From: Pecten maximus
Lineage: Eukaryota
NCBI RefSeq assembly: GCF_902652985.1
Contig: NC_047028.1
Span: forward strand, 17,422,001 to 17,486,000
Direction of reading: 5' to 3'
Length of the DNA stretch: 64,000 bases
This document shows, in pieces, positions 24,901 to 40,128 of this stretch. The notes beneath the pieces are model-generated. The model searched no databases. It was not told where the DNA came from and saw nothing but the letters and a program-made list of their open reading frames with translations. Every line of letters begins with the position of its first letter. The first letter of the stretch is position 1. The position numbers were made by a program, and so were the translations under genes.

Positions 24901-27900
24901 TAAATCTTTCAAAAATAGTGTGATTGCAATTGGTGCTTATTGGAGAAGAGGCATGCACTAATTATGGTGAATGCCTGGTACATGTACAGTATTTTTGGAT
25001 ATCAATTATTGAGAACATTTACTATGTCTGTCGGTCTCATCAGTATACCATAAACATAGGAGGAGCATGACTGATCCCCTAATTCCTTTATCACCCAATA
25101 AACACAGCCACATTAGGAACAGGTGTCCTGGTCCAAGGTTGATTTCCATTGTTACTCACATCCTCAATATTTACATCCAGGGATATCACAAACAGGCTTC
25201 CTTATGGTCTGTCCATTTGGAGCTTCTCTTGAGAGGCACCAGAAGGGCCAAGGCTTCTTTAAAAGCTTTCAGGAGGTACGAAAGGGCCAAGATTTCGATA
25301 GATGTTTTCAGGGGGCTCCAAAAGGGCCAATTGCATGTAGGAGGCTCCAAAGGGCCAAGATTTCTCTAGTTTTCATATGGCTCTAAAAGAGTCCAGATTA
25401 CAATACCAGCCAACAAGTAAATGTTTTCATGAGGCACCAAAAGGGTCAAGATTTCTCTAGTTTCCATAAGGCACCAAAAGGGTAAAGATTTTTATAGAAC
25501 TTAGAAGATTTTTAGGAGATTCATGACCAGGTGTACACTTAGGTACAATACTGAAAACTGGTTCAGATCACACACATTGCATATCTGAGCTAATAATGAC
25601 TTTTGCAAGACTTCAAATATGAATTGTTTTTTTCTTTATTTTTATTTTTTGAATACTGTTACTGGAAAACTGTTTTTTTTACAATGCATGATTTTGATGA
25701 TGTAGGTCTTTGTTTGGGATACAGCTTTAATTGGTTGGATGAGATGAACCCCTGTGGTCAGTGGTCAGTCTAAGCATTCAAATTAACTCCCTGGGCCTTT
25801 GATAAAGAACATATGTCTGTTATTTGACTACATACATATAACCTCTATGGTGGTTAGCAGGTGAAGCTGATGTTGTTTCGACTTGTGAATGAGAGTTGTC
25901 TCCCCTGGGTAGCTTTGATGTTGTGTGTTTATAGCTCCCATTCTCTGTTTATTGGCAGACCGTAAACACAATAATGATTTATTTTACAACCCTGGAGGTC
26001 AGTTGTTACAGAACAACTGTCTTACTCACAACTGGTACCTGTTGGGATAATTATAGATCTACCTGACCAGGTAAAGTGATTGTTTATGAGGTCAGGTGTG
26101 GTGTGGTATAGCTATTAAAATCACCTGTATATAGGACATGTGAACTGATCATGACTGGAAATGAGCCAAAGTTTATAAAAAACTTAAATTTGAAAATTGA
26201 AAATAAATGGAACTTGAATTGTCAATCAGAATTAAATTTTGAAAACCATTTATTATATAAGTATTTCTCACTGTATTGAAAGTAGATTTAATTATAAAAT
26301 TTTGAAGTATTTTTGAAAATAACTTTAATGACAAGATATATAAAAAATATATAAAACACACATTGTAACCAGTTTCCTTGTGAACAATATAATCTTGGAA
26401 TCCCTTAAAATGGAAATCATATTTTCCTGTCAATGTGATTACTTATAGAATGTAATTTTCCTAATTTGTTAATCATGATTGTTCATTAAAACCAGTGTTC
26501 CAGCTAGGATTTGAAAAGGGCAGGGCGCTGCCTAAAAAAAGGGCATTTTTGTGCGCGACATTTTTTCCGGGCCTATCTATCTTCTACCTTATTTTACAGG
26601 ACAATTTAAGTACATCCATGCATTACATATGACCTGATTCATAGAGACAAATAGAAATCTGTTGATTTTTTTTTTATTATTTTGTTTGTGTGTAAAAATG
26701 TCTTCTTTCTTCTCTTTATTCTTCAAATATTGTTTTAAATTTTGATGGTAAAAGTTATGACCTAGAGTAATTCAAAAATAAAATGATATTAGCATTATTT
26801 CAATTTAAGGGTGTATTGAGAGAATCCATATATATATACGATAATTACGTCCAATCAAAAAGTTACTATCAGATTATAGTCAACAGAGCGATATTTTCAA
26901 CCAGAAGTTAGTCTGTCCGTTGTGATTGTAAGACGACTAATTGTAAGTGAAGATATTATAGAGCAAAAGAGAAAAGGTGATCAAGCATATACGAGAAAAA
27001 AATGATTAAGTAAAAGAAATTATATTATTTAATATCTGAATAAACTTCGTCCAAATAACTGCGATGTATCTTTTAAGCGGCGGTAAATTTCTACTTTCAC
27101 TTTAGACTTTTTAGAAATAACGGTAAACTAAAATCAGGAATTTATAGCAAGTTAACATTTTCTTGAATTAATTATAAGAAATGGTAAACGAATAAGGGCC
27201 GATCATGATTCGCAAGTTTCTGATCAAACATTTGTTCCGTTGCTCTCGTAAACAAACGGTCCCCGTGTTCACTTGGCTATCACATGACCCGCAGTTAATG
27301 CAGAGTCGGCATTTCAGATACGAAAATAACAAAATATAAACTAAACTTTTGCAACTATTATTCACATAAGCAGATATTTTTATGTGTCCTTTATTTATTG
27401 ATGAAAAATAAACATTTTGTATAGAAATCCGTCAATCCAACAAGGAATTTGCGACATCTGCATTTACAACGAACCATTTCCGGCGTCCCGCCAAACTTCA
27501 TCAAATAAAATCAACCGAAAGCTAATTTTGATCACTGGAAAATCACAATGTAAGGCTAAACACGATTTAAGGATGTATGCTACCTTTTATGACATTGTCT
27601 TTCTTAAAGAATACCATGCAAAGAAACCTTAACTTTAACTAGTATTTTATGAATTTTATTATGCATAGCAAGTTTCAAGGAAATCTGTAGAAAGATGTAG
27701 ATCTCCATACAAAAATCAAATACTGAAATGAGCAAAAGGCTGTAACTCTTGCAAAATTTAATTAGCAGAATCAAAATTCCACATCATATAATCTATACCA
27801 AGTTTCAAAGAGACCAGTCAAAAAATGTAAGCCGAGATCTCTGGACAAATAAAAAATTATGCCAGACAGATGGACAATGCCATATCATGATATTCCTGTC

Positions 27901-29609
27901 AAATTTGACAGCCGTAGCAAAAATTAAAAAAAAAAATTAATAAATAAAAAAAAAATAAAAAAAAATGTAATCATTTATATTTTAATCATCATTTCTGCCC
28001 ATACATATATATACAAACATTGTCTACTACCAATGGTACACCAAAAAGAAAGCAGATGGTCAGCGATATAAACAGTATTTACAGTGATTTCCTGCGTACT
28101 CCATTCATGCCCTGATCAGTCTTAATTGATGAATGTGTTGGGTGATTAAGGCTATATCATGAGGATAGAGGGTAGAACATTTTAAGTTAGATCTACCTTG
28201 ATATATCTTCTAAATATATAAGGGAATATATCTAACATAGAATAAAATTGAAAATAATTTCAGTTATATTATTTTTACTTTTCTGGATTAACAAATTAAT
28301 CAGTGGACATGTACCCTATTCCAAGCCTTACATAAGTTACGTGATATTGAATGCCCCCTGGTCAGGCCCCAGTTATAGCTAGGCCCAGTCCGTCATTAAT
28401 TGGTGTTCATCTGTCAGTTTATCAAAGTCATGGAGTTACTAAGGTGTTAGAACAAGGTGTTCCATATAACTAGCAGACCACTAATGACAACTGGACATCG
28501 GTCAATTGGTCAAGAAGTGCAATGTCGTGCCCTGGTCAAAACCGCAAGTCTAGGTCACACCAGGTAGGTTTTTACTTGTATCATGATGTGTGGTATACAT
28601 GTATATGCATAAGTATAATATATTAAGTGTGTATCTCTTTTTGTGGGCTTCTGATTTTCCTGATACAACCCAGTGAAACAGAAAAATATTGATGCAAAAT
28701 TTGCTGATATATTACAATACTGTAATATATATATATACATTGTATATATAAATTTGAATGAAAAGAATCAACAAGGTAAAAACAGTTGAATTTTGCTGAA
28801 GTTTTCAGGCCTTTATCATGATTTTTATATTAAAACGATTGCCGTTGGTTATATATATGCCTACCAGAAAATCACTCGTAATAAAGTTTAGACCTTCATA
28901 TTTTTGGTGGATGGGAGTTTTAGGAGATTGGAAATGTTCTAGAAATCAAGTTGTTTTTCTTTTGATTTTTTGTAATCAAATTGATTTTTTCAAGTTGAAA
29001 ATCTGTCTCATATTTCAAAAAAAATAATATGACGTTGATTTAATAAGCATTCAAACTATATCCCCTTTAAAATAAAGACTATAAAGATTTATGATAAATG
29101 TATAAACAAGAATTCTTAATTGATGTGTTTGTATACATTGTTATATGAATGAACTACATGTTTAAACATATAGACATCACAAAACATTCTCAATTGATCC
29201 GAATCACTGTTGCGTTTTTGTGTCTCGCTCTACGAGAGTGTATTTGTACCTGTTTGCACTCTATCCATCAGTCTGTATTTCTGTCAGTCAGTGCATCACT
29301 TGGGCTAAGACATGTATATCATGCATATCCTCTCTCAATTAACACTGCAAAATGATAGCTGATATATATGTACTAAAATCAAACGCCACACCTGTCTATA
29401 CAGAGTTACAGACCTTTATGTCAGGGTATATTTTGTATCATACTACATTGACCAGGTATATGTCGGATACATCTATACAATTATTATTTTTGTTTTTAAA
29501 GATACCTTTGGATGGTGACTGTATAATGAAATTAAGTCTTATGTCAAACTATATACAGAGTTATAGACCTTTGTTCGCTATGTGGCATGATATAGTATTA
29601 GTAACATAG

Positions 29610-29850
29610 TATGTTACAATGTAGTTTTATTACAATGTATGTGACAATTTTGTTACAAAGTATGTTAACTACAATGTATAGTATATGTTACAATGCGCAT
29701 TCTAATGTGTATTATGATATATGTTACAATGTATATTATACAATATTCTATATGTTACAATGTATATTATACAGTATTCATAATGTGTGTTACAATGTAC
29801 AACATTTTGTAGATTGTAATGTATGTTACAATGTATGTTGCATTGTACAT
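29610..29850. repeat. Degenerate ATGTTACAATGTA tandem repeat
   Basis: Recurrent TGTTACAATGT. Confidence 0.75.
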
Positions 29851-31787
29851 CACCTTCAACTATGTATACATGTACAGATACCAAATTTCAGTTGTGAACT
29901 CCTCTTATGATGTTGACATCCGTCAGTCTGACTATATACAGAGTTGTGGCCCATTGATCATTTTACAAAATTTGTAAAGTGCTATCCTGGATATCGTGGA
30001 GTTTGTTGACATACCGATAGTTCCTGTAGCTATATGTGAAGGTATCTAATGAAGTTTTAATTTTTTTGAGGATATTGGAAACTTCCTTATTATCTAATGA
30101 ATTTTAGATTGTTTTGCTGGCGCTTAAAACTTCCTGGTATACAGCAAAAATACAAATAAACAACCAGAGTGAAATAAAGATATTACTTTGTAACAAACTA
30201 TTAAATTGGTTTTTAAGATACATGCATATGAAAAATCAGGAAAATGATTTAACGTTTCAAATGTCCGTTGCTTTTTACCTCACATCAAAAAATCCCAAAT
30301 CTTTTGTCCTCTAAAAACATCCCAAGATTCATAAGATCTATTGACATTGAATGAGGTCCATAGTGATACTGACCATCCTGTACCAATTATTATACTTACC
30401 TGTTCTCCACTTCCTGTAGTCTTATATTTGTGGGCTTACAGTGTAAAGATGGTCCATATCATCTGGTATAAACAATGGCTTCCCAGAGATTTGTGTGTTG
30501 CTCCAGAAGAAGTTTTCGTGGATTGGTTGCTGTAGCTGCTTCTTGATCAGGATGTGCAGAAATTCCTTCATCAGTAGATAAAATCTAAAGAGAACTGCCT
30601 GCTGAAATTTAGAGTTTACTCAGCAATTTTAAAAATAAAATTTCAATTTATATGTGTGAGTTTATCAGCTGATGAAACCTCTAGCTAATGCGGAGGAGCA
30701 TTTTGTGTTTATGTTGGTCTATATGCGGTGTACGTGTGTGGAAATGTAGTTTATAGGAACTGATCAGGAATGATTCACACAAATGTCATGTGTGAAAGTT
30801 GATGAACCAATACACCCCCCTGTCAAATAAGGCCAAATTATGTTGAAAATATGTTTCATGTCATTATTATAGCTTCTAAAGTCGCCATATCAGGTATAGG
30901 CTAAGAGTCTCAGTATCCTTTTTTTTTTATCTCAAACAGTTGAGAGTTCCACTTTGTTTGGAATTTTGCTTACTTACTGTTTTTTTTGCCTTAACCTTAT
31001 TTTCGAAGTGTTTTTTTTCTTATTGTTTTAAATCCTAAAATCCTATCAACAGCGATGAAAGATCTGTGTTGAAAGGAACCATATACTGATCAAAATTCTT
31101 TATTTCTCATACAATATGAAATCCAGACGAATTTTCCATGGATAGAGGTGTATACAAGAGGTCTCACCAAATAATCCATGTAATGGATGAGTAAAACATG
31201 GACCATCAAATTAATCTCCGTGTTGGGCTCACTGTTTTATGCAAACATATATGTTGAGCATAAGCAAATTGTTCCACTCATCTTGAGGTGAAATTCCAGG
31301 ATCTGTTTAATTGATCTGAGAGTTTACTGCAGGCCTTGGTGTGTTGGGTCTGTAATATGTACTGTAGAAGTGTAATCTCTGTAAAGGTCAGTCAGCAGGG
31401 GTATCAGTGTTAGCTTGTATGGATTTGTCAGTTTTCTAAATATCTTATCTAATAATGCCTGGATCTACTGTGGCTCAGGATCACTGATGAAATACCTGAT
31501 ATGGGCAATATATCCAGCGTGATGGTTTTTTTATCCTATCGGCCTATTCATTAGGTCGGTGAATGTCAATGACCTTCAGAAGATAAATTAGAACACAATA
31601 TTGTCTATTGGGTTTCCATTATTGGGAAAATTATAACGGGATAAGTCGTTATCCTAAATCAGTACTGTTGTACTAAGTCTGTGTATAGTCATGAGTTGGA
31701 TATTAATTGTAGAGATGGAAAGAAGAGATACATATTTCATCAATTTGTGAATTTTATAAGTGCCTCTTGATTTATATCTGACATATA

Positions 31788-31871
31788 CAGTTGAACCTGT
31801 GTATAAAGGACACCTAAGGGACAAGGCAAAAGTGTCCTTTATAGAGAGGTGTCCTTTATATAGAGGTTCCA
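31788..31871 (+). mobile_element. Tc1/mariner-pogo type MITE fragment
   Basis: TA|CAGTTGAACCTGTGTATAAAGGACACC with internal inverted GGTGTCCTTTATATAGAGGTTC. Confidence 0.6.
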
Positions 31872-32084
31872 CAAATTATATCCCTTATAAATGAAGAATA
31901 TATGTATTTGAATTTGAAAAATGTGCAGGGATATTTCAGGGTTATAAGTGGTTTTGGATGATTTAAGGATTTTGAAGAAAGTGGATATATTATATTTTGA
32001 AATTTGATGATATTTTCAGCAAAAGTATGATTTAAAATTCCCTAATCACTCTTAAAAATTATTCCTGCATATGATCTGTATACT

Positions 32085-32680
32085 CACCCCCATGTGCCTC
32101 TTGTTGGCTTATGTATGTTGGCTATATATACAGGGCATATATGCCTCTTGTTGACTTTCATGTTGTCAGTATACAGGCCCCATGTGCCTCTTGTTGGCAT
32201 ATGTGTTGTCTGTATACAGGTCCCATGTGCCTCTTGTTGATGTAAGTGTTATCTGTATACAGGATCCACATATATATATATGCCTCATGTTGACATGTTT
32301 TCTGCATGTTTACAGGCCTCATGTTTTATGTGTTTTCTGTATATAAGCCCAATATGCCTCTTGTTGACTTATATATTTGTTTGTATTCAGGTCCCATGTG
32401 GCTCTTGTTGACATATTTGTTATCTGTATACAGGCCCTGTGTGCCTTTTGTTGACATGTGTGTTATCTGTATAAAGGCCCCATGTGCCTATTGTTGACTT
32501 ATATATTTGTTTGTATTCAGGTCTCATGTGTCTCTTGTTTACTTATGTATATTTGTTTGTATTCAGGTCCCATGTGCCTCTTGTTGACATGTTTTCTGCA
32601 TGTTTACAGGCCTAATGTTAACTCTTGATGATTTGTGTGTTTTCTGTATACAAGCCCAATGTGCCTCTTGTTGACCTTGT
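32085..32680. repeat. Degenerate ~43-bp minisatellite
   Basis: Recurrent ACAGGCCCCATGTGCCTCTTGTTGAC. Confidence 0.85.
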
Positions 32681-33289
32681 TAAGGAGGGAGGGTCTCTGT
32701 ATTGTCGAGTTATCAGTAAAGTATGAGGATATATTCCTATTCCTAAGTTTTCCTTATCTTTGGTCTGATGGTCCAGCACGATCTGTACAATATAAGAGGC
32801 ATGTGTTATTCTTGTGTTGAAACAGATTTGAAATGATTTCTCTCACCAAGACAGGGTGGGGCCTATTACCATGTTACACAGATAATGGCCATTATACACT
32901 TAATATCAAGAGTAAAATTGAGTTTCAACTTCAATAACTGTTCAGGCACATTGTACATAATATACTTGTGTTGCTCTGTAATAACAAGCCAAGAGGCAGA
33001 CACAAATTCCCATTGTATTGGAGGGTGTATTGCAGGACAAGGAAGTAGCATCTGGTAGTGTTATTGGCTTGGATGGGCTCATCACCAGGCATGGGCTTAT
33101 TGCCACCATAAGAACAGACTAGAATCATATACAAAGTCCTGCTTTCTTCTTTGTGACAGAATTGGTTAAATTGTCCAGAAAACAAATCAAATTTGATGTC
33201 TCAAATTTAACAAACTTTAGTTTTACCATCTCATGTTAAAGTCAACTTATTTCACAGGGTGAGATCCACACCGATTGATTTTACAAGGT

Positions 33290-33541
33290 GATTTGGGAGA
33301 GGGAGGGGAAGGGCCTGGGATTGAGGGGAGGGTGGGGAGAAGGCGTGGTGCGCCTAGGATAGTGGGGAGGGGTGGGGAAAGGAAGTGGTGGGCCTAGGAT
33401 CGTGGGGAGGGTGGGGAGATGAAGGGAAGGGCCTGGATTGAGGGGAGGGTGGGGAGAGGAAGTAGTTGGCCTAGGATTGAGGGGAGGGTGGGGAGATTGA
33501 GGAGAGGGCCTAGGATCAAGGGAAGGGTGGGGAAATGGAAT

Positions 33542-33609
<68 letters not shown>

Positions 33610-34310
33610 CTAGGATTGAGGGGAGAGTAGGGAGAGAGGGAGTGGTTAGCCTTGAATCGAGCGGAGGATGGGGAGAGGGAGTGATGGGCCTAGGATTGAG
33701 GGGAGGGTGGGGAGATGGAGGAGAGGGCCTAGGATCAAGGGGAGGGCAGAAAGAGGGAGTGGTTAGCCTAGGATCGAGCGGAGGGTGGGGAGAGGGAGTG
33801 ATGGGCCTAGGATTGAGGAGAGGGTGGGGAGATGGAGGGGAGGGCCTAGGATCGAGTGGAGGGTTGGGAGATGGAGGGGAGGGCATAGGATTGAGGGGAG
33901 GGTAGGGAGAGGGAGAAGAGGGCCTAGGATAGAGGGGAGGGTGGGGAAAGGTAGTGGTGGGCCTAGGATTGAGGGGAGGGTGGGGAGATTGAGGGGAGGG
34001 CCTAGGATTAAGGGGAGGGTGGGAAGAGGGAGAAGAGGACCTAGGATTGAGGGGAGGGTGGGGAAAGGAAGTGGTGGGCCTAGGATTGAGGGGAGAGTGG
34101 GGAGATGGAGGGGAGGGTAGGGAGAGAGGGAGTGGTTAGCCTATACTAGGAATGAGGGGAGGGTGGGGAGATGGAGGGGAGTGCCTAGGATTGAGGGAGG
34201 GAGGGGAGATGGAGGGGAGGGCCTAGGATTGAGGAAAGGATGGGGAGATGGAGGAGAGTGCCTAGGATTGAGGGAAGGGTGGGGAAAGGGAGTAGTTGGC
34301 CTTGGATCGA
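33290..34310. repeat. G-rich 39-bp minisatellite containing a G68 run (33542-33609)
   Basis: Unit GGGCCTAGGATTGAGGGGAGGGTGGGGAGATGGAGGGGA. Confidence 0.95.
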
Positions 34311-35221
34311 GGAGAAGAATTTAATAAATGTGGTAGTATAACAGCAAATATGGTTAAGATGATATTTCGGAGTGACTGGCAGAAAAGCATACAGTTAATA
34401 TCCAGATAATACTTACAAGCTATATTTATATATATCATATACACATTTTACATGTATCTTTTATGATGAACATCTGTTTTATGTATTATAACCATTGTTG
34501 GTGTGACCTTGACAGATCGCTTTGACCTTGTGGAGAGACAGTGACTTTGTGAAGAAAGCATGTATAGGCATATATCTTTACAGGTGTATGCAGGGAGCAC
34601 TTAATAACCTGTTTTGACCTCTGGGGACCTTTGAAGGGCATCTGTGCTTTTCCTGATCACGAAACTGTCCTAAACATGTCCTCTATAGTTACATTCACAT
34701 GAAACATATTATACCTGTTCCTTGCAGCATTCGGTACAGTAACTAGACTTACACTGAAGGCTGCTGCATCCTGATAACAATATCGGATAGCTTTCCATTG
34801 TTGTCTATAAAGGCATGAATGAGGAGGTCCTATTACAAAGTTTTCACGATTTGTCAGCTTACAAAGGTCTGTTTGATACATGAATTAAAAGGCGGTAATG
34901 TTGAAACTCACACATCATCAGGTGTGTGAAACTTGATGTGTCTGAAATATATTGCAAACCATGAAGTAATGCGTAGTTCTGTTATAAGGTGTTTTAAATG
35001 TTCCCCAAAGTAGAAACTAGAAAGGATTAGGTATGTGTTTAGAGAGAAATAAAAAAGTTCTTGCTAAAACATGAAAAATAATTATAAGACTAAAACATTG
35101 ACTATACATTTATGTATACATTTATATCTATAAGGCTTAAGTCAATCCCAAACTTGGCATGTACATGTGTATCAAAACATTAAAGTTATCTCCCTTGGTT
35201 TATCAAAATAATGTTTATGTA

Positions 35222-35428
35222 CTGTAAACGTACATATTTTAGCGGTAATCTTATTTTAGCGCTTTTCGCGCTGGAAGTCTTGCGCTAAATTATGATTGCG
35301 CTAATTACTTTTTGAACGTTCTATTTCTATAGAAAGTTCTGTGGATGCGCTAATTCACCATTGCGCTAACTGGCTAAAATCTGCAAATGCGCTAAAATTT
35401 GATTGCGCTAAAATAAGTACGTTTACAG
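35222..35428. mobile_element. Tc1/mariner-type MITE (207 bp)
   Basis: TA|CTGTAAACGTAC.TATTTTAGCG ... CGCTAAAATAAGTACGTTTACAG|TA, with internal GCGCTAA repeats. Confidence 0.88.
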
Positions 35429-35589
35429 TATTATAACTTCAGACAGGTTTAAATTTGATTTAAAAGAAGTAATGTCATATCAAAGCTAAGACTGCTTCTT
35501 AAAGCAAAGGTGATTTAAATTAGAAAATTCCAGTAGAACATATATTTATGTTGATAATGTAGTACATTGTGAATTATCCTCAATCATTG

Positions 35590-35975
35590 ATAGCAACACT
35601 TTGGACACCAATAACTCGTAGTAATTCTATCTTTAAGTTTAGATTTACAAGTAATGAAGGATATTTAGACATACTTGGGACACCAAAATCTCACAGCGAT
35701 CCTCCCTTCGAGTTTAGATTTACAAATATAAATAAAGAATATTTAGACATACTTTGGGCACCAAAATCTCATAGCAATCCTATCTTTAAGTTTAGATTTA
35801 CAAATAATGAAGGATATTTAGACACACTTAGGACACCAAAATCTTATAGCGATCCTCCCTTCGAGTTTAGATTTACAAATGATGAAGGGTATTTAGACAC
35901 ACTTTGGACACCAATAACTTGTAGCAATCCTACCTTTAAGTTTAGATATACAAAATGAATTAAGGATATTTAGAT
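35590..35975. repeat. ~60-bp repeat with A/B dimer structure
   Basis: Recurrent AGTTTAGATTTACAAAT..GAAGGATATTTAGACA.ACTT.GGACACCAA. Confidence 0.88.
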
Positions 35976-36341
35976 TAAGTACCATATACATATACATGCT
36001 ATATATACAGGGATCTGAATTAGACAGAGGCAGGCCTAGGTTTGATAAGGTTTACACTGTAGTCGTTTTTAAATCAAAGTCTCTGAAAAAAAAGGATAAG
36101 AGAAATCAGTTAGTACAGGAGTAAATCTGAACCTGTACACTTGTACTGTCAATTCTTTACTGAGGTGGTCTCCAAGATTTAATATTTGTATATGTATTTG
36201 CTCTACATTTTCCCATTGACATAATTAATGCGAAGAGGCAGTTGCCACCATAGGTCTTTAACTCCCAGTGCCTCAGGCTATAACACCCAGTGGGTCATGT
36301 GACATTCAGTAAAAAAGGAGGTAATTGTTTTGTTGGTTCAG

Positions 36342-36790
36342 TTTTTAGCTCATCGGTTACGAGTAACCGTGAATTAATGCTGTACCCCCAGCGTCTGTGT
36401 CGGCGTCCCACATACCCCACTTAAAAGTTTTTGGGATCAGTTTTTGGAAAGCTTCTAAATCCAAAAGTATACACCTCACGCCCTTCTTATTTGGTTTATA
36501 CATTCATTAGAGGTCTAGGAGTAATGTTATGGCAAAATCATGCAGAAAAAAATTTGTGATTTTTTCGCATTTTACCATTTTGTGAATTTTTTTAGCACCA
36601 AAATCCACTTTAAAGTTTTTGGGGGTAAGTCCAAAAGTCTGCACCTCATGCCCTTCTAATTTGGTTTATACATTCATTAGAGGTCCAATCATGCAGAAAA
36701 AAAAGGCATTTTACATGTAAGTCCACACCCTTCTTGTTTAGTGTATACATACATTAGAGGTCTAGGAGCAATATTATGTGACGTAAAATT
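36342..36790 (+). mobile_element. HINE-like element with internal tandem units
   Basis: TTTTTAGCTCA start, hairpin CGGTTAC-GA-GTAACCG, CGTCTGTGTCGGCGTC motif, three copies of CACCTCACGCCCTTCT..TTGGTTTATACATTCATTAGAGGTC. Confidence 0.6.
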
Positions 36791-37814
36791 TCAAAATGAC
36801 ATGCTTATACATACATAAAAAATGAATGTATAGTGTGATTGCTGCCGCTGGTGAGCTTTCGCAATCATTGATTGCACTTGTTATAATTGATGAAAATGGT
36901 ACGTCAATGTAAGTATTGAACAGTGGTCTTGATGTTATTATAGGCGATATGACAGGAAGATGTATGGTGGGCAAATACAGCATGCATAACTGGTTCCCAT
37001 GGCATTTGCCCACCACCATACATCTTGCTGCCATATCTACTATAACAACATTAAAACCATTGTTCATTGCTTAAATGAATGAAGTCTGGTCATTGCCAGG
37101 GAAAGTAAATCTTGGTCGAATAATATTGTTTCATCTACATCTACATATTTTAATAGAGATTGATATGAAAAAAAAAATGAAAATGCTCAATGTAAAAAGT
37201 CTTTACATTAATAATAAATGTATTCGTTGGTACTGTATTTTGTACAATATAGTAAATGGTATGTTGTATCGCAATGGAAGATTTTATTTGTTAAAACATG
37301 CATGGATTATTCAACACAGATGGCCTGATAGATATGCAGTGGAGCAATTGCTTTAAAAAATCCTTGAGATAATTTAGTGAGGTGTAAAATGCTTTTTGAT
37401 AATAAAATTGTGTTTAGTAGTGGAGCAATCAAAATAGGATGGAGTTGCATGCAAGTCAATTTAATTGGTAACACAATTTACATGATATCAACACATAGGG
37501 TAGGTGTTTAATATTCTGTGTACTTAAAACAAATGAATATTTTGGAAAGATATGAGAAATTCTAAATGAAAATTGGCAATAAAAGAGTTTTTGGTCCTGG
37601 AAATGTTTATGCAAAATTACAGAATTTTCATCTGGATTGAATTGCAAATGAGCGCCATTTCAGAAATGAGGAGTCTCTATTATTCAATATCATGGTTTCT
37701 TCAGAACAGAGTTGGAATCTGCTACCATGTTTCTTGGAATAAATTCCCTGTTCAAACATGTTCATCCAAGGGGCATGTGCTGTAGTATACTTTTGCACTG
37801 CCATGCTAGCACTC

Positions 37815-38100
37815 ATTCTGTTATAGTCAGTTTCACTTCCGTGAAATGATTCCAGCCCTCCTGTTATAGTCAGTTTCACTCTTGTTAAATGAGCTACCAT
37901 GGCCACCCCTCTTACTATAGTCAGTTTCACTTTTGTTAAATGCTGTCACCTCTCCCTTTATAGTCAGTTTCACTTTTGTTAAATGATTCCATGGCCAGCC
38001 CTCTTGCTATAGTCTGTTTCACTTCCGTGAAATGATTCCAGCCCTCCTGTTATAGTCAGTTTCACTTCCGTGAAATGATTCCAGCCCTCTTGTTAAAGTT
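37815..38100. repeat. ~44-50-bp tandem repeat
   Basis: Recurrent TATAGTCAGTTTCACTT. Confidence 0.85.
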
Positions 38101-39448
38101 TTTTTTTATGTTTAACTCACCAGACACCTGGTATGAAGGTTGCGTACTTTTTAACATAATTTGCTTTGAATCATTTTTAAATTTGGAACCAGAAAGCCAA
38201 GTGTTACTTGTGATAAAGTGTTAACTTCATTACATGGTACTGAGCGACGCCTCCAAAAATTGGGATTGTAAATTTGAAAATTGTAATATAACTTAGATAA
38301 GAAAGTTTTGACATGATTACTGAAATATCCAGGTGAACGATGCTGTACCTCTTGGGCTTAGTGATAGAAGCATATATTTAAAAAAAGAAAATGGAGGTAT
38401 TTAGAAAGGTTTGTATTGATTTCATAATGTTTGTACATCTATATTTTAAAAAGCAAATAAACCCCAAAGCAAGGCATGTTAAAAGTTCTTATTAGGGGCA
38501 GGTAAATTCTTAGAACAGGGACTTGTGCAAGGCTACGTATGAAACAAAACTCGTAGTCAATAGATTGAAAAAAGACAGGAACACTTTGGCTGTTGGTGGT
38601 TTGATGCTTTGATTTGAGTACAAGTCTGTTGATGCTTTCTTGGAATTACATTACAAGCTTCAGAAGAAACTCGGAATTACAAAAACAATTGGGCTACTGA
38701 TGCTCCGCCAATAATATGTAAGAAATTTACAAGAGACCTGTTTCAGGGGACGTATTACTGCTCAGAGATAGAGAAATACATTCCAACAGCACTCAATTAT
38801 ATACACGTTACAAAGCTATTGGATTTATATGCCCTGGTATAACTGACGGCTAATATACCCCACAGTCATGGTCATCAGTTAGGGAAATTGGAGAGCTATA
38901 TATATATGTGAACTAACGAGGTAGTTCCCAACAGAAAAACAGCTGATAGATTTCATTGATGTGCAAGTTCTGAGACAATTTCTTAAAAAGGGATAAAGGA
39001 AAATTTTAATGTCTTTGTTTTTTGTCTTTCTTCTAAATTGTAAAAAAAAATTACTTGCTTAGCCTCATGCCAGATTTTAAAGGAAATTAATTTTTGTGTG
39101 TGATGACATAAAAATTGATTAATTTTTAAATTTTTTACAGACCCAATATTTCTGTATAATAAAAATTGATAGCAGACATGATAAGGTAACATTTGAGTAA
39201 ATAAAAAACGTAATCTCTTCCAAAGAATTGGATACTATATATTGTATGTCTGTATACAGCGTAAATTTGACTGGAGGTAATGGAAAGCCCACAGACAGAC
39301 AGTATCTATAAGAACTTTCACCAGAAATAATTGATATTATCACTGTACATCATGAAAGAAAACAGAATTCATCATCAATATGGTGTATTGTTGGCTTTGT
39401 CTGGGGTGTGTTTGGTCTCTGTTTTATTACATTTTATTACGGGTGATA

Positions 39449-39804
39449 ATAGAGGGCACTGCTGTCACTTGGTAGGTCTCTGTACCGTATAGAGGGCACT
39501 GCTGTTACTTGGTAGGTCTCTGTACCGTATAGAGGGCACTGCTGTCACTTGGTAGGTCTCTGTACCGTATAGAGGGCACTGCTGTCACTTGGTAGGTCTC
39601 TGTACCGTATAGAGGGCACTGTTGTCACTTGGTAGGTCTCTGTACCGTATAGAGGGCACTGCTGTCACTTGGTAGGTCTCTTTACTGTATAGAGGGCACT
39701 GCTGTCACTTGGTAGGTCTCTGTACCGTATAGAGGGCACTGCTGTCACTTGGTAGGTCTCTGTACCGTATAGAGGGCACTGCTGTCACTTGGTAGGTCTC
39801 TGTA
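39449..39804. repeat. 40-bp minisatellite, ~9 copies
   Basis: Unit TAGAGGGCACTGCTGTCACTTGGTAGGTCTCTGTACCGTA. Confidence 0.97.
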
Positions 39805-40093
39805 TGTACACATCAACAAATAAAACTCTGTGTGTTTGGAGAGCGCTTTTATAGACAAGGTTGAAATTTGTGTTGGTTAAAGTTGATTTCAAGTCAAAAT
39901 GCAGTTGAAATGAATGTTATCTGGAAGTTCCTGGACAGATGTTCATGAAATGTGAAATCTTATAATTGCCAGCTCGAGGAGAATTGGAAAAGTTTATATA
40001 TATATACACACAAAGGGGCTTGACATGTTCCTGTAACACAGGATGAAAAAAATTAACCCCAGGGTCCGACCCCTAGATCAGGTATTATTGCCC

Positions 40094-40128
<35 letters not shown>

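Noticed and set aside
33281-34120. Proline-rich and glycine-rich ORFs (formin- or extensin-like)
   Set aside because: Translations of a 39-bp G-rich minisatellite and a poly-G run, with no splice signals linking them to a gene. The G68 length may be a sequencing artefact.
35569-35958. 129-aa repetitive ORF
   Set aside because: A ~60-bp tandem repeat with a non-ATG start and no domain resemblance.
39449-39804. CTCF site array (TAGAGGGCACTG)
   Set aside because: Only the 3' half matches; the CCAS 5' core is absent.
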